From: Flavobacteriales bacterium
Lineage (GTDB): Bacteria > Bacteroidota > Bacteroidia > Flavobacteriales_F > PHOS-HE28
Assembly: GCA_049290175.1 (NCBI GenBank)
Contig: JBATND010000351.1
Location: forward strand, 1 to 44,243
Direction of reading: 5' to 3'
Length of the DNA: 44,243 bases
The notes below the pieces were generated by a model. The model ran no database searches. It saw only the letters and a list, made by a program, of their open reading frames with translations, and was not told where the DNA came from. The translations under genes were made by a program, and so were the position numbers. Positions 36,814 to 44,243 of this stretch are shown here, piece by piece. Position 1 is the first letter of the stretch; each line of letters starts with the position of its first letter.

Positions 36814-36931
36814 AACCACGGATTCACACCGATAAATACGGATGGAAATGCCTTCTGGCGTTAGGATGACAGACAACCACCTGAGCCAATCAATTGATCT
36901 TATCCGTGACAATCCGTGTGGATCCGTGGTT
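36814..36931. repeat. inverted repeat whose 30-bp arms are three tandem 10-mers (ATCCGTGNNN)
   Basis: The right arm (36902-36931) reads ATCCGTGACA ATCCGTGTGG ATCCGTGGTT. The reverse complement of 36814-36843 reads ATCCGTATTT ATCGGTGTGA ATCCGTGGTT. That is 24/30 identical, with the outermost unit 10/10. The spacer is 58 bp. Confidence 0.85.
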
Positions 36932-37037
36932 GAATGAGTTCGGATTTGCGCGCCAACAAGCGTGTATGACCCAATAGCCCTAGCGGCCACCGCAAGCGCC
37001 ATCGACCGTCCGTGTTGCAATCGTCACCTTCGCCCCC

Positions 37038-38351
37038 ATGCCCGGCCTCTTCCTCGCCCTAGCCTGGTTCGCGCTGCTGCTCTTCGCGATGCGGCGCGTC
37101 CCCTTCTTCCGCGATGCACCGGGCTTGCCGATGCGCGCGATCGCCGGGCTCTTCGCCGCCAAGATGCTGGCCGGAACAGCCGTGTGGGCCGTGTACACCT
37201 ATGCCTACCCCGATCGCGCCACCGCCGACATCTTCAAGTACTTCGACGATAGCCGCGTGCTCCACGAGGCCCTCTTCACCAGCCCCGGCGATTACTTCCG
37301 CATGCTCCTTGGCATCGGCAACGACACGCCCTGGTTCACCGACGCCTACTACAGCCAGATGAACCATTGGGTGCGCCGCTGGGACTCGGGACTGCATAAT
37401 GATGCGCACACCATGATCCGCTTCAATGCTGCGCTGCGCCTCGTCTCGTTCGGCCATTATCACGTGCATACGGTGTTCGCCGCAGCGGTGAGCCTGACAG
37501 GCGCCTTGGCCCTGTATCGTGCGCTGGAGCCCATGGTCGCGCATGCGCGCCGCGGCTTGGCGATCACGGTCTTCCTATGGCCCAGCGCGTTGTTCTGGAG
37601 CAGCGGCGTTCTGAAGGAGTGCCTGCTCATGCTGGGCATGGGCCTGCTGTTGCTCGCGGCCATCGGACCATGGAAGCACGCATTCACATTGCGCCGCTTC
37701 GTTGCGCTCGCGCTCGGTGCCGCGCTCATGCTGCTGGTAAAGGCCTATGTGCTGCTCTGCCTCGTGCCGCCATTGATCGCCTTTGCGTGGTGCCGCCAAG
37801 CGCCGCGACGCTCTGCATTGAAATTCCTCATCGTGCATGCCGCTTTCATCGGTGCTGCGCTTCTCATAGGCCCCTTGGTGCCGCAGGCCGATGCGCTCTA
37901 TGCGCTCACGATGAAGCAGAGCGACTTCATCGGCCTCGCCCGCGAAGTGCCCACGGGCAGCTACATCGATCTGCCCGTACTGGAGCCAACGGCGTGGAGC
38001 TTCGCACGCCAGGCGCCTCACGCGCTCGCCAACGCCTTCCTCAGTCCGTTCGCTGTTCTGGCCAATGGCCCGCTCGCCTGGATGGGCGCAGCGGAGAGCT
38101 TCATGCTCATGGCGGTGCTGGTGCTTGCCTTGTGGAGCCGCCGCGCCTGGAAGAGCATGAATGCCCCCGCTGCGCTATTCGCGCTCACGTTCATCCTGCT
38201 TCTATCGCTCTTGATCGGATGGACAGTGCCCGTAGTGGGCGCGCTGGTGCGCTACCGTGTGCCTGTGCTGCCTTTCATCGGCGTGCTCGCCCTCTTGCTC
38301 GTGGATCCCGCACGCATTCCTTCGCGGCTCCGCCAAATGATCGCCCCATGA
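37038..38351 (+). CDS. hypothetical polytopic membrane protein
   Basis: 437 aa with at least 10 hydrophobic segments and a loop containing DIFKYFDDS...YYSQMNHW. The shape is reminiscent of GT-C/ArnT-like membrane glycosyltransferases, but I see no definitive motif. Confidence 0.65.
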   Translation: MPGLFLALAWFALLLFAMRRVPFFRDAPGLPMRAIAGLFAAKMLAGTAVWAVYTYAYPDRATADIFKYFDDSRVLHEALFTSPGDYFRMLLGIGNDTPWFTDAYYSQMNHWVRRWDSGLHNDAHTMIRFNAALRLVSFGHYHVHTVFAAAVSLTGALALYRALEPMVAHARRGLAITVFLWPSALFWSSGVLKECLLMLGMGLLLLAAIGPWKHAFTLRRFVALALGAALMLLVKAYVLLCLVPPLIAFAWCRQAPRRSALKFLIVHAAFIGAALLIGPLVPQADALYALTMKQSDFIGLAREVPTGSYIDLPVLEPTAWSFARQAPHALANAFLSPFAVLANGPLAWMGAAESFMLMAVLVLALWSRRAWKSMNAPAALFALTFILLLSLLIGWTVPVVGALVRYRVPVLPFIGVLALLLVDPARIPSRLRQMIAP

Positions 38352-39979
38352 ATCGTTCGCTCCTTTTCTCTTTCCTGCTGATCGCGGCATGCGGCTATCG
38401 CGATCGTGAGGCCGATGTGGTCGTGCACAACGCCGTGATCCACTCGCTCGATGGCATGGACTCCGTGCATCAGGCCATGGCCATCGCCGATGGCCGCATC
38501 ATTGAGCTCGGGCCGGAGCAGCAGATTCGCAACCGCTACCGCGCCAAGCTCACCTATAACGCCGCTGGCCAGCACATCTATCCCGGCTTCGCCGATGGGC
38601 ATTGCCACTTCTACGGCTATGGACTCAACAAGCAGAAGGTCGATCTGCAAGGCGCGCGCGATTGGGACGAGGCGATAGCGCGCGTGGAAGCCTTCGCAAA
38701 AGCGCATCCCGGCAACGATTGGATCCTTGCACGCGGCTGGGACCAGAACCGCTGGCCGGTGAAAGAGTATCCCGACAACGCACGGATCAATGCACTCTTC
38801 CCGGATCGGCCTGTACTGATGCAGCGCATCGATGGCCACGCCGCCGTGGTGAACGAAGCCGCCTTGCGCGCGGTGGGCATGGACCCCGAGAAGGCCATCG
38901 AGGGCGGATTGATGCTGAAGCGCGACGGCCGATTCACCGGCGTGCTCATCGACAATGCGGTGCAGTTGTTCCAACCCATCATGGAGCAGGCATCCGAAGC
39001 CACCAAGCGCCAGGCGCTCCTCGATGCCCAGCGCGATTGCTTCGCCGTAGGCCTCACCATGGTACACGATGCGGGCCTCGACCCAGGCACCATCGACCTG
39101 ATCAAGCGCATGCACGAAGAAGGCATCTTGAAGATGCGCGTGTACGCCATGGTGAGCGATTCGGCGCCTTACCTGGAGCAATTCGCGCGCAGCGGCGCCA
39201 TCGCCACCGATCGCCTCAGCGTGCGCAGCGTTAAGGTGTATGCCGACGGCGCATTGGGCTCGCGCGGCGCCTTGCTTAAGCAGCCGTACAGCGACATGCC
39301 GCATCATCACGGGCTGCAGCTCGCATCGCGCGAGCACTTCGAGCAGGTGGCGCGCTGGTGCGCTGAGCACGGCTTCCAGATGAACACCCATTGCATCGGC
39401 GACAGCGCCAACCGTTTGCTGCTCGATGTGTATGCCCAAGTGCTCGGAGGGGCCAACGACAAACGCTGGCGCATCGAGCATGCGCAAGTGGTGAGCGCGA
39501 ATGATCGCGACCTCTTCGCACGGTACAGCATCATCCCCAGCGTGCAACCCACGCACGCCACCAGCGATGGGCCATGGGCCGGCGATCGTTTGGGCGAAGC
39601 CCGCGTTGCGGATGCCTACGCCTATGATGCGCTGCGCAAGACCATGGGCCTTGTGGCGCTCGGCACCGACTTCCCTGTGGAGGGCATCGATCCATTGCAG
39701 ACCTATCGCAGCGCGGTGCTCCGGCAAGCCGCTGACGGCTGGCCCGAAGGAGGCTATCAACCATCGAATGCGCTGAGCCGCCGCGATGCGCTCATGGGCA
39801 TGACCATTTGGAACGCACTGGCGGCATTCCGCGAGAACGAGCTGGGCACTTTGGAAGTGGGCAAGCTTGCCGACTTTACCGTGGTGAACGCCGACCTTGA
39901 GAAGGCCTCGCCTGAAGCGCTGCGCCTCGCGAAGGTGACCGCCACATGGGTCAACGGCGAGAAGGTCTTCGGGAAGTAG
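38348..39979 (+). CDS. amidohydrolase family protein (YtcJ-like), lipoprotein
   Basis: The true start is MNRSLLFSFLLIAACG (ATG 38348, ATGA overlap with the upstream stop). It has PGFADGHCHFYGYG metal-binding histidines, a later HCIGD and GTDFPVE. Confidence 0.85.
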   Translation: MNRSLLFSFLLIAACGYRDREADVVVHNAVIHSLDGMDSVHQAMAIADGRIIELGPEQQIRNRYRAKLTYNAAGQHIYPGFADGHCHFYGYGLNKQKVDLQGARDWDEAIARVEAFAKAHPGNDWILARGWDQNRWPVKEYPDNARINALFPDRPVLMQRIDGHAAVVNEAALRAVGMDPEKAIEGGLMLKRDGRFTGVLIDNAVQLFQPIMEQASEATKRQALLDAQRDCFAVGLTMVHDAGLDPGTIDLIKRMHEEGILKMRVYAMVSDSAPYLEQFARSGAIATDRLSVRSVKVYADGALGSRGALLKQPYSDMPHHHGLQLASREHFEQVARWCAEHGFQMNTHCIGDSANRLLLDVYAQVLGGANDKRWRIEHAQVVSANDRDLFARYSIIPSVQPTHATSDGPWAGDRLGEARVADAYAYDALRKTMGLVALGTDFPVEGIDPLQTYRSAVLRQAADGWPEGGYQPSNALSRRDALMGMTIWNALAAFRENELGTLEVGKLADFTVVNADLEKASPEALRLAKVTATWVNGEKVFGK

Positions 39980-40153
39980 GGCCCCACACCCCATCACCTT
40001 CGCGTGAAGCTCTCTCAAGAGTGCGACGAGCCGAGGGCGCGAGTGACCGCCCGCCAAGACCCGTTACCGCAATTTGGCCGGGCACCTCGGGACAGCCGAC
40101 TCCAAAAGCATGAGGGTCTTGATTGCCTAACTTCGCCTTCAACACGTTGACCC

Positions 40154-43100
40154 ATGATGCACATCATTGCTACTAAGCACTGCCACGCACCGAATCTATG
40201 CCCAAGGCTGACACGCTATTGGAACGCCGTCCGGCCAGTGGCAATATGGTTGATCGTGTGCCATCTCGCTTTCACTCCAGCCATTTTGCAAGGTCAATCC
40301 GCTGGCAACTGCCATACGCAAGATCAGATTGAGGCCGAATCATGGATGATGCCGGATAGCTTGTTCTGCATTCACCCGAAGTGGACCTACCCTGACACTT
40401 CCTTTGGCTACCAGAGCATGCCCATCTCAGTGGTCAAACTTTGGTTCCATTTCCTGCGACCGCAGGATGGGAGCGGAATACATGCCGGTGACCAAGGAGC
40501 GAATTCAGCGGATCAAGTGGCTGCCGCAAACTTCAGATTCTCGCATTTGCAGAATCCAACCGTGGAGGTGAGCGATACGATTCCAGTCATTCAGGATTCG
40601 CGCTTGCGCTTCAGTCTGGAGGGAATCACCTATCACGATAGTGCGATCTTCGACACGCTCACAGGATATTCGTTCTACCACGGCCAATGGATCAACAACA
40701 TGTTCGGAGGTGATGTCGTCCACTTTGTACATGTGTATTTCTTCCAAGTGGATTCCATGACACCCGCTGGCATCATGGCATCATCCGGTGGGGTGTCCCA
40801 GTACCAGCAAGGGCAGTTCATCATAATGGTCAATTATGGTCTCACCGGCGGCGACGATCTCTTCTGCCATGAATTAGGCCATCTGTACAATAGTCATACT
40901 TTCTTGGGGTGCGCGGATGACGACAACCTTGACGACACTTTTTCCCCGGATGGGAACAGGGCGGGGGTCTCCTGCAGTGCAAGCGCAACATGGAGCGCCC
41001 TATTCTCCAGCCAGATTTGCTCAGGGGCAGGAATCAGCAACAACATTATGGGCTATAACAGCTGCCGCGATTACCTCTCCCCAAAACAGGTGGGAAAAAT
41101 CAGCTCCGCTGTGGCACGAGGCCTTACGCATCCTTCAGGTGCAAGGGTCCCCAGGAGGCACCTGGAATGTGAACCTAGCGAACTCTCCGAGGTGGTTCAT
41201 GTCCATTGCAACGCCATTTGGCGGAGCTCCAAGGCGATCAATCGCGGGTTAGTGATCCATCCGGGCGCCACGCTCACGGTGAAGTGCGGCGTGTTCTTCG
41301 GCACGCAGGCCAAGGTCGATATCATGCCGGGCGGTCGCCTAATCGTGGAAGGCGGCAACCTGAGCAGTTTGGATGGAGACTGCTATTCGTTCTGGCCTGG
41401 AATCCGGGTCTGGGGAGACAATGCTCAAAACCAATTCCCCGAAAACAACCCCTCCCACCAGGGCATCATCATCCTTATCGACGCCACCATTGAGAACGCC
41501 CGTGAAGCGATCAGCACGTGGGGCGATGGCTGGGACACCTTCGGCGGCGTGGTGCGCGCCACCAACACGGTCTTCAAGAATTGCCGGCGTTCCGCACAGT
41601 TCATGGCCTACCAGAACACCATCAACGGGCAGCCCTACCGTAACCACAGCTATTTCACGGGTTGCACCTTCACGGTGGACAACGCCTACCGCGGCAACGA
41701 GGATTTCTACGCGCATGTGAGCATGTGGGGGACCGACGGCATCACCTTCGATGCCTGCGCCTTCGAGAACTTGAGCACCGCCATCTACGAGAGCCACAAG
41801 CGCGGGCACGGCATCATCAGCATCGATGCCAGCTACACCGTTGATGGGATCTGCGCCGTGATGCCACCCGATGGCTCCTTCTGCCACGAGAACGATCTCA
41901 TGCGCAGCCGCTTCACCGGCCTCGATCACGGCATCAACGCCCGGAATGCCACCACCGCACGTGGTTTCATTGTACGTGGATCGCTCTTCGAAGACAATAT
42001 CTGCGGGGTGTATGCCGAAGGAGTAACCGGTTTCCAGATCACCAATAATGTCTTCGAGGTCGGTGGCAGCGAAGCCACGATGACGAACCTTGAAGAGGAC
42101 AACTGGTTTGAAAGACATCGCGCTGTTTTCAGCACGAATAGCTGGGGATTCGCCATCGACGACAATACCTTGATACAGGACGGTGCTCATGCCGAGACCG
42201 AGGGCATCGTAGTGGGCTATTCGCGCGACCACAACGATCTGGTGTTCCGCAACTCGGCCAGTGGTTTGGAGCGGGCGTACATCGGCGAGGGCATCTGCGC
42301 CGACCTTGATGAAACGTACACCATGCTGCGTGGCCTGCAATTCATCTGCAACGAGAACAATGGCAATACCCAGAACTTCTGGAGCAGGAAGGTGGATGCG
42401 GATGAAATCGAGAACCCCTTGACCCACACCATCCGCACCAACCAAGGCGATTATTACCGGCCGGCGGATAACACCTTCGATCAGGTGCCCGGACCGGAAG
42501 GCGTTGCGGATTACGAGGTGACCACCGAGAACGGCAACATCACCTATTGGCACCGCAACACGGGGACCTTTGTTCCCATCCACGTGCGGCAGAGCGTGGT
42601 GCCGCCCACCTACATCGGCCCGGCACCCGCCACGCAGATCCCCGCCAACAACTGCGCGAGCAAGGTGCTGGCCACCATTCCCTACGATGAGGATCACGAG
42701 AGCGGCATGATGCTCCAACCCATCGTGGATTATTTGTTGGCCGAGAAACTCGCGTACGGCAACACGCGCTACCTATACGAGCAATTGATCGATGGCGGCA
42801 GCACCGACGAGGTGGTGGGCGAGATTACGGCGGCTTGGCCGCAGGACGCTTGGGACCTGCGTGATTACCTGCTCAGTCTGAGTCCGTATTTGAGCGTGGC
42901 CGCGCTGAAGGAGGCCATGGACAAGGAGTGGTTCCCGGATGCCATGCGGGCACAGATCTGCATCGCCAACCCCGATGCCACAAAGAAGGAGGGCTTCCTG
43001 GACTGGCTCCGGAACGAATGCCTCTACCCCCTGCCGGAATACATGCTGGCCAGCATCGTGGCGAGTTGGGAGTCGCAGACCTACCGCACGGCATTGGAAG

Positions 43101-43855
43101 CCGAAATGGCGCACCACCATGCGGAGATGAGCCAGGCCGCCAACCTGCTCATCCACCGGCATCACTGGGACGAGAATGGCGCGCAACCAGCAGAGGTGCG
43201 GGCGGTATGGCAGCTGCTGCGCACGCCTGCCGCGCGTTACGCCGAAGCGCTCACCTGGCTGCAAGAGGGCAACTACACCCAAGCCGATGCCGTGATCCGC
43301 GACATCCCCGACGAGCACGACCTGAAGGCCCCTGAGATGCTGGAGCGCCAACGCATGCGTGACCTTATTGCTATCCTACTGGCAGTTCATGCCGATGCTC
43401 GCAGCGAGGCACAACTGACCACAGGCGAAGTAGAGGCGCTGCAAGTGCTGATTGTTGATGCACACGACAGGCCCGCCACCTTGGCCAGCAACTTGCTCTG
43501 CTTTCATTATCAGCATTGCCGAGCACCGCTCACTAGCGGGGAGCCGGGTGGGCCGAAGTCACGCGTGAGTTCAGGTTCTAGGCAGAATGCAAAGGGCTCG
43601 GGCGGAATGCTCCTCATACACCCCAATCCTGCGAGTTCCTGGGTCGCGATCGACTACGATTTACTAGGTGAACCCGTCGATGCGGCTATCGCAATTCTTG
43701 ACCTCGCGGGGCGCGAGGTGAAACGCCTGAAGCTGATTGAGCCGCGGCTTCAAGTAGTGCTTGATACGCGGGAGTTATCCCCAGGCAGCTACACGGTTGT
43801 CCTCAACAACAGCGGACACCAGCTCCACGCAGAAAAACTCATCATTCGCCAATGA
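40154..43855 (+). CDS. large T9SS-secreted multidomain protein: M43-like metalloprotease-like region, beta-helix repeats, helical region, CTD
   Basis: 1233 aa. CHELGHLYNSHTF...DDTF...NNIMGYNSC...SPKQVGKI parallels the M43 layout. Repeated FxxC/FxxN units (VFKNC, FTGCTF, FDACAF, LFEDNI, NNVF, DDNT) suggest a parallel beta-helix. The C-terminus LLIHPNPASSWVAIDYDL...LSPGSYTVVL...KLIIRQ is a type-A T9SS sorting domain. Confidence 0.75.
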   Translation: MMHIIATKHCHAPNLCPRLTRYWNAVRPVAIWLIVCHLAFTPAILQGQSAGNCHTQDQIEAESWMMPDSLFCIHPKWTYPDTSFGYQSMPISVVKLWFHFLRPQDGSGIHAGDQGANSADQVAAANFRFSHLQNPTVEVSDTIPVIQDSRLRFSLEGITYHDSAIFDTLTGYSFYHGQWINNMFGGDVVHFVHVYFFQVDSMTPAGIMASSGGVSQYQQGQFIIMVNYGLTGGDDLFCHELGHLYNSHTFLGCADDDNLDDTFSPDGNRAGVSCSASATWSALFSSQICSGAGISNNIMGYNSCRDYLSPKQVGKISSAVARGLTHPSGARVPRRHLECEPSELSEVVHVHCNAIWRSSKAINRGLVIHPGATLTVKCGVFFGTQAKVDIMPGGRLIVEGGNLSSLDGDCYSFWPGIRVWGDNAQNQFPENNPSHQGIIILIDATIENAREAISTWGDGWDTFGGVVRATNTVFKNCRRSAQFMAYQNTINGQPYRNHSYFTGCTFTVDNAYRGNEDFYAHVSMWGTDGITFDACAFENLSTAIYESHKRGHGIISIDASYTVDGICAVMPPDGSFCHENDLMRSRFTGLDHGINARNATTARGFIVRGSLFEDNICGVYAEGVTGFQITNNVFEVGGSEATMTNLEEDNWFERHRAVFSTNSWGFAIDDNTLIQDGAHAETEGIVVGYSRDHNDLVFRNSASGLERAYIGEGICADLDETYTMLRGLQFICNENNGNTQNFWSRKVDADEIENPLTHTIRTNQGDYYRPADNTFDQVPGPEGVADYEVTTENGNITYWHRNTGTFVPIHVRQSVVPPTYIGPAPATQIPANNCASKVLATIPYDEDHESGMMLQPIVDYLLAEKLAYGNTRYLYEQLIDGGSTDEVVGEITAAWPQDAWDLRDYLLSLSPYLSVAALKEAMDKEWFPDAMRAQICIANPDATKKEGFLDWLRNECLYPLPEYMLASIVASWESQTYRTALEAEMAHHHAEMSQAANLLIHRHHWDENGAQPAEVRAVWQLLRTPAARYAEALTWLQEGNYTQADAVIRDIPDEHDLKAPEMLERQRMRDLIAILLAVHADARSEAQLTTGEVEALQVLIVDAHDRPATLASNLLCFHYQHCRAPLTSGEPGGPKSRVSSGSRQNAKGSGGMLLIHPNPASSWVAIDYDLLGEPVDAAIAILDLAGREVKRLKLIEPRLQVVLDTRELSPGSYTVVLNNSGHQLHAEKLIIRQ

Positions 43856-44243
43856 GATTCAGCCGCCTAGTGCGGCTGATACCTTCACTCGCTGGACTAA
43901 CGGCAGCGAGCGATGCGTGGCCGCAAGAACCGTTTAGTCTCGATCTGGGGTTTCGAACAGAAATCGAGGTACAGAACGTCAATTCAATCCTATCCCTGCC
44001 GGATGGTGATGTGATTATCTCCGGCCAGATCAAATTCCCTGGTGATATATCAACCCGCTCCGGAGCGCGACTCAATCCCGATGGAAGTCGGGACCTCGGA
44101 TTCGCGAACGTCGCCTATATGGGTGGCAAACTCGTGTCATGGAATGATAGGATCTACCAAGGGAACGGAAATGGAGTTAGACGGTCTTGGCCTGATGGTA
44201 CGCTTGATGGCGGCTTCGTAATTAATCCACCGTACGTGAGCAT
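43852..44243 (+). CDS. hypothetical exported protein, delta-60-repeat-like (5' part only, runs off window)
   Basis: Absent from the track because no stop falls in the window. My translation gives MRFSRLVRLIPSLAGLTAASDAWPQEPFSLDLGF...RLNPDGSRDLGF...WPDGTLDGGFVIN. The repeated (N)PDG(S/T)xDxGF resembles the delta-60 repeat. ATGA overlap with the upstream stop. Confidence 0.45.
   Translation, partial: MRFSRLVRLIPSLAGLTAASDAWPQEPFSLDLGFRTEIEVQNVNSILSLPDGDVIISGQIKFPGDISTRSGARLNPDGSRDLGFANVAYMGGKLVSWNDRIYQGNGNGVRRSWPDGTLDGGFVINPPYVS

Noticed and set aside
37577-38347. N-terminal 257 codons of the 800-aa ORF 37577..39979.
   Set aside because: This part is an alternate frame running across the polytopic membrane protein gene and is Arg/Ala/Pro-rich. 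The amidohydrolase has a clean lipoprotein signal starting at ATG 38348, in ATGA overlap with the upstream stop.
1-44243. tRNA, rRNA or other structured RNA genes in the intergenic gaps.
   Set aside because: All gaps longer than 100 nt were read by eye: 2746-2881, 8754-8911, 11320-11548, 23594-23776, 33595-33705, 34503-34678, 36709-37037 and 39980-40153. None showed a cloverleaf-like arrangement or rRNA-like conserved blocks. A tRNAscan or Infernal run would be decisive.

Overview
This 44.2-kb window is a chromosomal segment from a high-GC bacterium. I infer Bacteroidota from three proteins ending in T9SS-type C-terminal sorting domains, a MurF-Alr fusion, a DUF4286 gene and the general gene content. 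I support 43 protein-coding genes, two of them truncated by the window edges. By eye I found no rRNA, tRNA, CRISPR array, transposase or integrase.

Most genes are housekeeping:
- Central and cofactor metabolism: korAB, NifU-like/Mrp Fe-S carrier pair, fabD, folE-queD.
- Cell envelope: hldD-like epimerase, murF/alr.
- Nucleotide salvage: tdk.
- Translation: alaS, rsmI, rsmA, serS, rpmA-rplU.
- Regulation and transport: an HK/OmpR-type two-component pair and a CPA2 antiporter.
- Thirteen gene junctions are 4-nt ATGA stop/start overlaps.

Accessory or unusual content:
1. A clearly lower-GC three-gene block (11.5-14.3 kb) sits between the M23 peptidase/MerR pair and alaS. It encodes a Cys-rich lipoprotein and two tandem paralogous beta-rich exported proteins that share a C-terminal WGxPxxPRWLR motif. 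This is my best candidate for an undescribed envelope system.
2. Three intergenic palindromes have arms that are themselves built from tandem 7-mers or 10-mers.
3. A 33-nt hairpin-forming repeat unit is inserted in frame into the alanine-racemase part of murF/alr.
4. A degenerate tandem duplicate of the rsmI 3' end lies next to a hicBA cassette.
5. There is a DUF433/DUF5615 toxin-antitoxin-like pair.
6. A 1233-aa T9SS cargo protein carries a degenerate M43-like zinc motif, beta-helix repeats and a helical domain. It is translationally coupled to a delta-60-repeat-like gene.

All calls come from reading the sequence and the translations. No database search was run.
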